The notes beneath the pieces are model-generated. The model was not told the DNA's origin. It saw only the letters and a list, made by a program, of their open reading frames with translations, and searched no databases. Below, piece after piece: positions 18,462 to 26,328 of a stretch of DNA of 64,000 nucleotides. A program made the position numbers and the translations under genes. The stretch is from the NCBI GenBank assembly GCA_900696485.1, contig CAADGG010000013.1:51771-115770 (forward strand), written 5' to 3'. Source of the stretch: an uncultured Pseudomonadota bacterium. Lineage in GTDB: Bacteria > Myxococcota_A > UBA9160 > PR03. Every line of letters starts with the position of its first letter. Position 1 is the first letter of the stretch.

Positions 18462-18944
18462 ATGGATCCGTGTCACACGAGTCGCTGGGCGTCCCGGTCG
18501 TCTCGCCCGGGCGGATCGGCTCCGGAAGCCGCCACATCGCGCCGGCTGACGCCGGTCGCCGGCGTGTTCGCCGCGCTCGGACTCATCTTCCTCCCGGCGC
18601 TGGCTGGAGCCGCCGACGCGGCCCGGGGAAAGGCCATCTACGAGCGCCACTGTGTCAGCTGCCATGGCACGAGCGGCCGGGGCGATGGACCGACCGGCGC
18701 GGCGCTCGCATCCCAGGGCACTCCGGCCCGCGATTTCACGAAGGCCGAGTTCGTGCTCGACACCGATGAGGACGGCCAGACCGGTAGCCCCGCAGACCTC
18801 TCCGCCGTGATCCGCAACGGCGCCGGCGCCTATGGCGGCTCGCCGCTGATGGCGCCGTGGGCGCACCTCGGCGACGACGCGATCGCGGATCTCGTGGCGT
18901 ACATCCGCAGCTTCCCGCAGTCGGCTCCGCGACAAACCCCCTGA
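18462..18944 (+). CDS. class I c-type cytochrome, secreted
   Basis: Track ORF. AAGGAGG lies 8 nt upstream of the ATG. It has a signal peptide and the heme motif CVSCHG. Confidence 0.8.
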   Translation: MDPCHTSRWASRSSRPGGSAPEAATSRRLTPVAGVFAALGLIFLPALAGAADAARGKAIYERHCVSCHGTSGRGDGPTGAALASQGTPARDFTKAEFVLDTDEDGQTGSPADLSAVIRNGAGAYGGSPLMAPWAHLGDDAIADLVAYIRSFPQSAPRQTP

Positions 18945-18994
18945 GCGCGCCGCGCAGCGGGCTTCCGCCCGTTGCGCTCTGCTAGCTTCCGCGC

Positions 18995-19975
18995 GTGACC
19001 ACGAGCGACCCCCTGGAGCGACGGTCCTCCCCGGCACTCCCCGCCCCTGCCTCGTCCGCGCTGCCGGTCGTACCGGCCGTGCCGGCCGTGCCGGCCCCGA
19101 GCAGCGAGGTCAGCGTCGGCGGCGACTCGCTGACGCGCTACCTGTCGCAGCTTCGCCACCACGCGCCGATCTCGCGTGAGGACGAGCAGGTCCTCGCGCG
19201 GCGCTGGATCGAAGAGAGCGACGCCGAGGCTGCGCGTTTGCTGGTGCTCGCGAACCTGCGCCTCGTCGTGAAGATCGCGATGGAGTACCGGCGCAGCTGG
19301 ACCAACGTGCTGGACCTGATCCAGGAGGGCAACGTCGGACTGCTGCAGGCGGTCCAGCGCTTCGATCCGTATCAGGGCGTCAAGCTCTCCTCGTACGCGG
19401 CGTACTGGATCCGCGCCTACATCCTCAAGTACCTGCTCGACAACATCCGGCTGGTCCGGCTCGGCACCACCCGCGCGCAGCGCAAGCTGTTCTTCCGCCT
19501 GAACAAGGAGAAGCGCGAGCTCGAACGCCAGGGCATCGAGGTCGAGCCGCGGCTGATCGCCGAGCGCCTCGACGTCAGCGAAGACGACGTCCGCGACATG
19601 GAGCAGCGTCTCGGCCAGAGCGATCTCTCGACCGACGCGCCGGCGCACTCGGATGACGAGGGCGGCGCCAGCTACGGCGACTTCCTCGCGTCCAGCGTGC
19701 CGTCGGCGGAGCAGAGCGTCGCCGACGAGGAGCTGCGCCGGGTCTTCCTCGAGAACGTGCACGCCTTCGCCGAGACGCTCGACGAGCGCGAGCAGCGCAT
19801 CGTGCAGGAGCGCATCCTCGCCGAGGAACCGAAGACGCTCCAAGAGATGGGCGATGAGTTCGGCGTCACGCGCGAGCGCGTCCGTCAACTCGAAGCCCGC
19901 GTGGTTTCCCGGCTGCGCGACTATCTGCACGAGAACCTGGTCGACTTCGAGTACTACGCGCCGTCGCGAGACTGA
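18995..19975 (+). CDS. rpoH: RNA polymerase sigma factor, RpoH (sigma-32)-like
   Basis: Track ORF with a GTG start. It has the region 2 sequence DLIQEGNVGLLQAVQRFDP and the RpoH-box-like sequence TTRAQRKLFFRLNKEK. Confidence 0.85.
   Translation: MTTSDPLERRSSPALPAPASSALPVVPAVPAVPAPSSEVSVGGDSLTRYLSQLRHHAPISREDEQVLARRWIEESDAEAARLLVLANLRLVVKIAMEYRRSWTNVLDLIQEGNVGLLQAVQRFDPYQGVKLSSYAAYWIRAYILKYLLDNIRLVRLGTTRAQRKLFFRLNKEKRELERQGIEVEPRLIAERLDVSEDDVRDMEQRLGQSDLSTDAPAHSDDEGGASYGDFLASSVPSAEQSVADEELRRVFLENVHAFAETLDEREQRIVQERILAEEPKTLQEMGDEFGVTRERVRQLEARVVSRLRDYLHENLVDFEYYAPSRD
19064..19099 (+). repeat. in-frame 9-nt repeat x4 in the sigma factor N-terminal extension
   Basis: The units ccggtcgta, ccggccgtg, ccggccgtg and ccggccccg encode PVV-PAV-PAV-PAP. 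Confidence 0.6.
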
Positions 19976-20027
19976 GAGACGCCGAGACCTTCGCGCTTGG
20001 CCGGGCGGCCCGCGCCGGACGGCAGCC

Positions 20028-20423
20028 CTAGCCGTCCGTCTTCAGGATTGCCCGGTGGACGCGGACGGCGGCCCGGCGGAACGGACCCCGGCGCGCGACG
20101 CGATCGAGCCAGGCGCGACGAGCGTCGCGCGGGAGCCAGCTCAGACCGCGCGTCGAGTGCAGCAGCAGACGTGGCGACCACTCGAGCCAGCAGAGATCGC
20201 GGACGAGTCGTGCGCACGCGGCGGGCTCGAGCCCGCCACACGCGAGCGCCGCGACGACGTCCCGCCCGGCGGCCCGATCCGGGAGCCACGCGTCGGCGAC
20301 GTTGTAGAACGTGCGCGCCGCGTGCGGTGGGAGCGGCCAGGGTCCGGCGTGCGTCTCGGCGTCGGAGCGCGCCGGCATGGCCCGGACCGCGCCGCGATCG
20401 CCGGCCTCGCCGGCTCGGCTCAT
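20028..20423 (-). CDS. hypothetical protein (131 aa)
   Basis: These are the last 131 codons of track ORF 20028..22223. ATG 20423 overlaps the amidohydrolase stop (ATGA). The sequence is not low-complexity (FYNVADAWLPDR...CWLEWSPRLLLHSTRGLSWLPRD). Confidence 0.45.
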   Translation of the reverse strand: MSRAGEAGDRGAVRAMPARSDAETHAGPWPLPPHAARTFYNVADAWLPDRAAGRDVVAALACGGLEPAACARLVRDLCWLEWSPRLLLHSTRGLSWLPRDARRAWLDRVARRGPFRRAAVRVHRAILKTDG

Positions 20424-21691
20424 CCGGCCGTCTCGTGCGCGGCGAGCCAGCGCAGCGCCATCGCAGCGTGCAGCGCGACGCCGGTGGCCAGCGCCTCCTC
20501 GTCGATCGTCATGGAGCTCGAGTGGAGCGGCTCGGCGTGCTCGCCGGGCGGCCGGGCGCCGAGGAACACGATCGCACCGGGCACCTGCTGCAGCACGTAC
20601 GAGAAGTCCTCGGCCCCCATGATCGGCTTCGGGAGGTCGACGACTGCACGCTCGCCGAGCAGCTCGGCGGCGACGCCGCGCGTGAAGTCGATGAACGGTG
20701 CGTCGTTCACCGTCACGGGATAGCCGGGGAGGATGTGGACCTTCACGTCGACTTCGTGCGCGGCGCCGATTCCCGCGGCCACCCGCCGAATGCCTTCGTG
20801 GGCGGCCGTACGGGCGCGTTCCGACGTGCTGCGGATGGTCCCGAGCAGGTTCGCCGCGGCCGGGATCACGTTGGTCGTGGTGCCGCCGGAGAGGCGCGTG
20901 ATCGTGATCACGACCGGATCGAACGCATCGATCCGGCGCGTCACGAAACTCTGGAGGGCGAGCACGATCTCGCATGCGACCGGGATCGGATCGACGGCGT
21001 GGTGCGGCATCGACGCGTGGCCGCCGCGCCCGTGCAGGTCGATCGACAACACATCCGCGGATGCGAGCATCGGCCCGGGGCGGAGCGCGATGCGGCCCGG
21101 CGGCAGCGTCGAGTCCACGTGGATCGCGAACGCGGCGTCGACGGCCGGCGTCACCGCGAGCAGGCCCTCGTCCTCGACCAGGATGCGCGCGCCGCCGTGG
21201 CCTTCCTCGCCCGGCTGGAACAGCAGCTTCACGGTCCCGGCCAGCTCGTCGCGGCGGCGTGCCAGCAGGCCGGCGGCGCCGACCAGCATCGCCACGTGGG
21301 CGTCGTGGCCGCACGCGTGCATGCGGTCCTCGTAACGCGACGCGAAGGGCAATCCGGTGTGCTCCGGCATCGGCAGCGCGTCCATGTCCGCGCGCAACAG
21401 CAGCGTGCCGCCAGGCCGCGCACCGCGCAGCGTCGCGACGATGGCGCTGGTGCTGCCGCCCGTGTGGAGCTCGAGGTCGAGCGGCGCGAGCGCGTCGAGC
21501 ACGGCCTTCTGCGTATCGGGCAGCAGCAGGCCGAGTTCCGGGTTCTCGTGCAGACGCCGGCGCAGGGCGACGACGTCCGGCAGCGCGGCGCGGGCTTCCG
21601 GCAGCAGCGCCTCGAGCGCCGGGCGCCCCGCGTTCGCGGTGCGCGCCGACCGCGCAGAGCCGGATCCGGACGGGTCGAGTCGAGTGGTCAT
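20420..21691 (-). CDS. M20/M25/M40-family amidohydrolase (hippurate hydrolase / N-acyl-amino acid amidohydrolase type)
   Basis: Track ORF containing LRADMDALPM, MHACGHDAH and LLFQPGEEG. Confidence 0.85.
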   Translation of the reverse strand: MTTRLDPSGSGSARSARTANAGRPALEALLPEARAALPDVVALRRRLHENPELGLLLPDTQKAVLDALAPLDLELHTGGSTSAIVATLRGARPGGTLLLRADMDALPMPEHTGLPFASRYEDRMHACGHDAHVAMLVGAAGLLARRRDELAGTVKLLFQPGEEGHGGARILVEDEGLLAVTPAVDAAFAIHVDSTLPPGRIALRPGPMLASADVLSIDLHGRGGHASMPHHAVDPIPVACEIVLALQSFVTRRIDAFDPVVITITRLSGGTTTNVIPAAANLLGTIRSTSERARTAAHEGIRRVAAGIGAAHEVDVKVHILPGYPVTVNDAPFIDFTRGVAAELLGERAVVDLPKPIMGAEDFSYVLQQVPGAIVFLGARPPGEHAEPLHSSSMTIDEEALATGVALHAAMALRWLAAHETAG

Positions 21692-21696
21692 GGTCC

Positions 21697-21759
21697 GCTA
21701 GTGTCCTGTCTCGAAAGTGTTCCGTCTTGAAAGTGTTCCGTCTCGAACGTCTGCCGTCA
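21697..21759. promoter_or_regulatory. four 16-bp-phased direct repeats in the amidohydrolase/acylphosphatase divergent region
   Basis: gaaagtgttccgtct occurs twice perfectly (21713-21727 and 21729-21743). Degenerate copies lie at 21697-21711 and 21745-21759. The array starts 6 nt upstream of the amidohydrolase ATG. Confidence 0.6.
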
Positions 21760-21897
21760 TCGCCCGGAGTCCTCGTGGCTCGCTGCACGCTCGGCTCGCC
21801 GCGCCGCCGAGGACGCCTCGGCCCGCGAGCTCTCGCAGCGGACGCTAGCGCAACGGCCCGAGGCGACCGGCGGAGCGCAGGTGCGGAGAGAGGCGCG

Positions 21898-22209
21898 ATG
21901 GGTGACGACGCGGCAGGGCAAGGGCAAGATCGACAGGGCCGGCAGAGAAGGCGCGTCCGCATCCGGGGTCGCGTGCAAGGCGTGTGGTTCCGCGGCGCGA
22001 CGCAGCAGCGCGCGCAGGCGCTCGGACTCGCCGGCTGGGTCCGCAACTGTCCCGACGGCAGCGTCGAAGCGGTCTTCGAGGGTCCCGCCGGCGCCGTCGC
22101 GGCCGCCGTCGCCTTCTGCGGCGAAGGCCCGCCCGCGGCGCGGGTCGAGCGGGTCGAGGTGTGCGAGGAAACCGCGGAGGGATTGCATGAGTTCGTCCTG
22201 CGTGCGTAG
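21898..22209 (+). CDS. acyP: acylphosphatase
   Basis: ATG 21898 is preceded by GGAGAGAGG. The sequence contains VRIRGRVQGVWFRGATQQRAQALGLAGWVRNCPDGSVEAVFEG. Confidence 0.8.
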   Translation: MGDDAAGQGQDRQGRQRRRVRIRGRVQGVWFRGATQQRAQALGLAGWVRNCPDGSVEAVFEGPAGAVAAAVAFCGEGPPAARVERVEVCEETAEGLHEFVLRA

Positions 22210-22224
22210 GAATCCGAAGTCACG

Positions 22225-22800
22225 ATGAGCCTTCACGCGCTGCGCCGCCCGCACGTGCTCGGCCTCGACGACGGCGCCTTCGACCGCCATCGCGACCCGG
22301 AGGTCCCGATCGTGGCGGTCCGGATGGAAGGCGCCGACCTCGTCGAGGGCGTCGCGATGACCCGCTTCCCGGTCGATGGCGACGACGCGACGGCGTTCCT
22401 CGCCGGCTGGATCGGCGAGCTGCGGCTCGCGCGGGGACTGTCCGGCGTCGTGCTCGGCGGCATCACGATCGCCGGGCTCGGCGTCGTCGACGTGCGCGCA
22501 CTCGCGGCCGCGATCGCCCTGCCGGTGATCGTCGTGAACCGGCGCGATCCGTCGGATCATCGGCTGGCCGACGCGCTGCGCACGGCCGGGCTCGGGGCGC
22601 GACTCTCGATCGTGGCCGGCACTCCGCCGGCGTTCTGGATCGAGAACGGCCCGTGGGTCGCGTGCGCCGGCATCGAGGCGCCGCAGGCGGCCGCGCTGGT
22701 CGCCGCCTCGAGGCGCAAGGCGGACCTCCCGGAGCCGCTGCGGCTCGCGCACCTGATCGCGCGCGCCGTCGCCACCGGCGAATCCCGCGGCCGCGCCTGA
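22225..22800 (+). CDS. DUF99/UPF0215-family protein (EndoV-like fold family, mostly archaeal)
   Basis: Track ORF. It has the pattern GLDDGAF...VDGDDAT...GGITIAGLGVVDV...PVIVV, recalled as typical of DUF99. This was not checked against a database. Confidence 0.6.
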   Translation: MSLHALRRPHVLGLDDGAFDRHRDPEVPIVAVRMEGADLVEGVAMTRFPVDGDDATAFLAGWIGELRLARGLSGVVLGGITIAGLGVVDVRALAAAIALPVIVVNRRDPSDHRLADALRTAGLGARLSIVAGTPPAFWIENGPWVACAGIEAPQAAALVAASRRKADLPEPLRLAHLIARAVATGESRGRA

Positions 22801-22826
22801 CCGTCGGCCGCACCGGCGCCGCGCCA

Positions 22827-24107
22827 TCAACCGGCCGCCGGCGTGAACTCCGCTTCGATCTCGCGCCGGATGGCGGCGTCGATCGCCTCGGTGTCGACAC
22901 GGAGGACGCCGCGCAACGCCGCGTCGGTCGCTTCCCCGGCGCCCAGTCGCTCGAGCAGCGCCGCGATCTCGGACGGCGTGGCGCGCGCGACGACCCACCC
23001 GGCCGCCGCCGTGGACTCGAGATAGGCGAGGCGCGCCGTTGTTTCCGGAAGTCCCCCGAAGCCCGCGGCCAGTTCGGCCAGCGGAACCCACGCCCCGCCG
23101 GCGATGCTCTCGCGCAGGGCGGATTGCTCGCGCCGCGCGAGCGGCTCCTGCCCGCTCGACGCGCGCTCGGCGAGTTCCGCGAGGCCCTCGTTCAGCCAGA
23201 ACGGACGGTGTCCGCCGGTCCGCTCCGCGAAGACGGCGTGGACGTACTCGTGGAACAGCAACGCGCGCAGTTCACCGGCGGGATGGGCGGCCGACGCCAC
23301 GTGGATGCGGCCGTCGTAGAAACCCACGGTCGGGAAACTGAAACGATGGCGGTGGGCGGCCAGGTACGCGGCCTTGCCGTAGAAGACCACGCCGATCTTT
23401 TCCGCCGGCACGACGCCGAGCCGGCGCCGGGCGTGCGCGCGCGCCTCCTCGAGCCAACGAGCCACGTGGCGCGCGTAGTCCGGCTGGGTCGCACCGAGCT
23501 GTTCGTCGTACTGGATCCGGAAGTTCGGGCTCTCGGCGGCGGCCAGACGCAGCGGCCCCTCGGCGGCCTGCGCGGCGGCCAGTCGCTTCTCGTCGGCGAT
23601 GGCCGCCAGCCGCCGCTGCGCGGACGCCCGCCACGCGTCGTGCGAATCCCCCGCGCGTGCAAGGAACGCTTCCAGGTGTCTCCGTGACGAGTCGAGCCGG
23701 CCGCGTTGTCGATCCAGCAACGCGAGGTACCAGTGCGCCTCGACGTTGTGCGGATCGCTGCGCAGCGCCCCGTCGAGCGCCGCGGCAGCGCGCCCCTGCT
23801 CGCCGCGCGCGAGATCCTCGAGTGCGCCGCGGACCAGCGCGGCGGCACGATCCTCGGGACGGCTCGAGTGGCGCACCGTCGGCGCGGGCTCGGGGCCGCG
23901 CACGCGTCCTCCCCACAGCGCATCGAGCTCCGCTTCCCCGGCGTCGCGCGGGCGCACGACGGCGGGCACTTTGCGCTCATCGTCGGTGACGTGCGTGCGT
24001 CCTTCGTCATCGACCCAGATCCACAGCTCGGCCCGGACCGGCAACGACGCGGCGCACACGAGCAGACAGAGCCCGCACGACAGGATCGGCGCCAGACGCG
24101 GCGTCAC
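22827..24107 (-). CDS. secreted protein with a DUF4124-like N-terminus, TPR-like middle and peptidase-MA-like HExxH domain
   Basis: GTG 24107 lies 7 nt after the moaB stop. It has a signal peptide, the sequence WIWVDDEGRTHVTDD, and LFHEYVHAVF...WLNEGLAELAE (HExxH plus a distal Glu). Confidence 0.65.
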   Translation of the reverse strand: MTPRLAPILSCGLCLLVCAASLPVRAELWIWVDDEGRTHVTDDERKVPAVVRPRDAGEAELDALWGGRVRGPEPAPTVRHSSRPEDRAAALVRGALEDLARGEQGRAAAALDGALRSDPHNVEAHWYLALLDRQRGRLDSSRRHLEAFLARAGDSHDAWRASAQRRLAAIADEKRLAAAQAAEGPLRLAAAESPNFRIQYDEQLGATQPDYARHVARWLEEARAHARRRLGVVPAEKIGVVFYGKAAYLAAHRHRFSFPTVGFYDGRIHVASAAHPAGELRALLFHEYVHAVFAERTGGHRPFWLNEGLAELAERASSGQEPLARREQSALRESIAGGAWVPLAELAAGFGGLPETTARLAYLESTAAAGWVVARATPSEIAALLERLGAGEATDAALRGVLRVDTEAIDAAIRREIEAEFTPAAG

Positions 24108-24114
24108 GATCCGC

Positions 24115-24660
24115 TCAGCGTCCCTTCGACGCTTCGCCCGCAAGGTGGCCGAGTTCCGGGAGCAGCAGCTTCTCCATCGCGAGGCGGATCGCGGCTCGCG
24201 AGCCCGGCAGCGCCACCACCAGGCGCCCCCGCACGGTCCCCGCCAGCGCCCGCGAGAGCAGCGCCGCGGCGCCGATTTCCTGGTACGAGAGCATCCGGAA
24301 CAGTTCGCCGAAGCCCGGGATCACCCGGTCCAGCACCGGGTGCAACGCCTCCGGCGTGACGTCGCGCGGGGCGATCCCGGTGCCGCCGGTCAGGAAGATC
24401 GCGCGGACGTCGTCGCGCATCACGGCCTCGTCGAGCGCCTGCTGGATCGCATCGACGTCGTCGGGCACGATCGTCCGGCCCACCAGCCGATGACCCGCCT
24501 GCTCGAGCAGCTCTGCCAACAGCGAGCCCCCGTGGTCGTCGGCGAAGGTCCGCGAGTCACTGACCGTGATCACGACCGCCGGCACGCTGGCCGGCGCGTC
24601 GGCCCGATGCGCGGCGACGCTGGAGGCGTCTTGCTCGTGTGTCCGCTGGGCCGATTTCAC
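24115..24660 (-). CDS. moaB: molybdenum cofactor biosynthesis protein B (MoaB/Mog family)
   Basis: GTG 24660 overlaps the upstream stop (GTGA). The sequence contains IFLTGGTGIAPRDVTPEA. Confidence 0.85.
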   Translation of the reverse strand: MKSAQRTHEQDASSVAAHRADAPASVPAVVITVSDSRTFADDHGGSLLAELLEQAGHRLVGRTIVPDDVDAIQQALDEAVMRDDVRAIFLTGGTGIAPRDVTPEALHPVLDRVIPGFGELFRMLSYQEIGAAALLSRALAGTVRGRLVVALPGSRAAIRLAMEKLLLPELGHLAGEASKGR

Positions 24661-25349
24661 GCGTGGTCATCCACCCAGTACGCTCCGCTCCTCGCGATCT
24701 CCTTCTTCCAGATCGGCACGGTCTGCTTGAGCTCGTCGATCGCGAAGCGGCAGGCCTCGAACGCCTCGGCCCGGTGCGCCGAGGCGGCCGCGACGACCAC
24801 GGCGAACTCGCCGATCCCGAGCGATCCGGTCCGATGCGCGATGGCGACCCGGGTGCCGGGCCAACGCCGCCCTGCCTCGTCGCAGATCCGGTCCATCTCC
24901 TGGATCGCCATCTCGGGATAAGCCTCGTACTCGAGCCGCTCGATCGCCTGCCCGCGCGCGTGGTCGCGCACGGTGCCGACGAAGCTCACGAGCCCACCCG
25001 CGTCCGGCCCGGCGACCCGGGCGCAGACCTCCTCGGGGTCGAGCGGTTCACCGGAGAGCGTGCAGCGCGCCGGACTCTCGGCAGCCACCGCAGCAACGAC
25101 GCCGGAGCCGCCCGAGACCGGCGGCAGGAAGGCCACCTCGTCGCCGTCTGCGAGCGGCGCGTCGTCGGACGCGAGCTCGCGATTCACCGATACGCGCAGC
25201 CGCGCGTCCGGTGCGGCGAAGGCCGGGATCTGCTCTGCGAGCCGCGCCCGGAGCAGCCGGGCGCTCGCCGCGACCGGCAGCTCGACGTGCAGCTCTCGGA
25301 CCCCGGCGGCCTCGCGGATCTGTCCGAACAGCCGAACCGTGACACGCAT
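24657..25349 (-). CDS. MoaD-MoaE fusion (molybdopterin synthase small and large subunits in one ORF)
   Basis: ATG at 25349. The N-terminal 80 aa look ThiS/MoaD-like and end ...EVAFLPPVSGG. The MoaE-like part follows: VSFVGTVRDHARGQAIERLEYEAYPEMA...IWKKE. Confidence 0.8.
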   Translation of the reverse strand: MRVTVRLFGQIREAAGVRELHVELPVAASARLLRARLAEQIPAFAAPDARLRVSVNRELASDDAPLADGDEVAFLPPVSGGSGVVAAVAAESPARCTLSGEPLDPEEVCARVAGPDAGGLVSFVGTVRDHARGQAIERLEYEAYPEMAIQEMDRICDEAGRRWPGTRVAIAHRTGSLGIGEFAVVVAAASAHRAEAFEACRFAIDELKQTVPIWKKEIARSGAYWVDDHA

Positions 25350-25416
25350 GGACAGCAGCCTACCCCCGCTGGACGCTTCCCTCAACGACGGCCCGGGCGC
25401 GACCGATACAGCGTCC

Positions 25417-25677
25417 ATGGCGCAAGATCTCGAGGCGGTGCGACGGCTCCGGAGGCAGGTCGAAACCGTCCTCGATCGGCTCCGACCCGGTCTGCTGCTC
25501 GATGGCGGCAACGTCGAACTCGCCGCCGTCGACGAGGACGGCGGCGTGAGCCTGCTCTTCCAGGGTGCCTGCGTCCACTGTCCGGCCCAGCTCGCGACGC
25601 TCCGCTTCGTGATCGAGCCGACGCTGCGACGCGAAATCCCAGCGATCCGTGACGTCGTGCCGGTCGATCCGCACTGA
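25417..25677 (+). CDS. NifU-like (Nfu C-terminal domain) Fe-S cluster protein
   Basis: ATG at 25417. The sequence LDRLRPGLLLDGGNVELAAV...LFQGACVHCPAQLATL carries a CxxC motif. Confidence 0.75.
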   Translation: MAQDLEAVRRLRRQVETVLDRLRPGLLLDGGNVELAAVDEDGGVSLLFQGACVHCPAQLATLRFVIEPTLRREIPAIRDVVPVDPH

Positions 25678-25684
25678 CCCGCCC

Positions 25685-25771
25685 GCCGTCAAGAAAGGGG
25701 TCGGGTTCGTTTCGTCAACTTTTCCCAAAGGGAAAAGTTGACGAAACGAACCCGACCCCTTTCTTGACGGC
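25685..25771. repeat. perfect 42-nt-arm inverted repeat (87 nt) between convergent genes; possible bidirectional terminator or REP/MITE-like element
   Basis: The left arm at 25685-25726 is the exact reverse complement of 25730-25771, with an AAA loop. The core is GTCAAGAAAGGGGTCGGGTTCGTTTCGTCAACTTTTCCC. It is clearly AT-richer than its surroundings. Confidence 0.9.
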
Positions 25772-25792
25772 ACGGGGAGCCGGGGTGCGACG

Positions 25793-26236
25793 TCAGTTCT
25801 TGGCGTCGCGGCGCTTCATCGTGAGGCGACCGTTCAGGCTGGCGCCGTCCTCCATCTGGAGCGTGCCGGCCGTCACGTCACCATCGACGCGGGCGGTCTT
25901 CTCGAGCACGAGCCGGTCGCTCGCCACGACATCGCCCGTCACGGTGCCGGCGACCACGACGGTGCAGGAACGCACGCTCGCGAAGATCTCGCCGGTCTCC
26001 CCGACGACGAGCGTGTTCTCACTCGCGATCTCGCCGCGGAAACAGCCGTCGATCCGGACCGTGTCCTTGAAGCTCAGCTTGCCCTCGAACTCGGAGCCCT
26101 GATCGATGAAGGCGCTGAGCGCCGAGCGCGACGGCGCGCTGACTGCGGCACTCGCACCGGGGAAGCTCGAACCACCGCGGGCGTCCGCCTCTCCCGGCTG
26201 CTGACCCTCATCGCTCCGACTGCCGAACAATGCCAT
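25793..26236 (-). CDS. bactofilin (DUF583) cytoskeletal protein
   Basis: These are the last 147 codons of track ORF 25793..28585. ATG 26236 is preceded by GGGGGA. The sequence shows a beta-helix repeat pattern: FEGKLSFKDTVRIDGCFRGEI...VVVAGTVTGDVVASDRLVLEKTARVDGDV. Confidence 0.85.
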   Translation of the reverse strand: MALFGSRSDEGQQPGEADARGGSSFPGASAAVSAPSRSALSAFIDQGSEFEGKLSFKDTVRIDGCFRGEIASENTLVVGETGEIFASVRSCTVVVAGTVTGDVVASDRLVLEKTARVDGDVTAGTLQMEDGASLNGRLTMKRRDAKN

Positions 26237-26328
26237 TCTCCGTCCCCCTTCGGTACGCAACCGTGGGTCCGAATCGGCCGAAGCGGCGGAGCACTTGAGA
26301 CGCGCCGGCCGGGGGCTCACCGCGGTGA

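Noticed and set aside
20424-22223. Upstream 600 codons of ORF 20028..22223 (-), and ORFs 19997..21730 and 20974..22209 (+) at full length
   Set aside because: They overlap the M20 amidohydrolase in other frames and are low-complexity. Only the terminal segments were kept, namely the 131-aa ORF and acylphosphatase.
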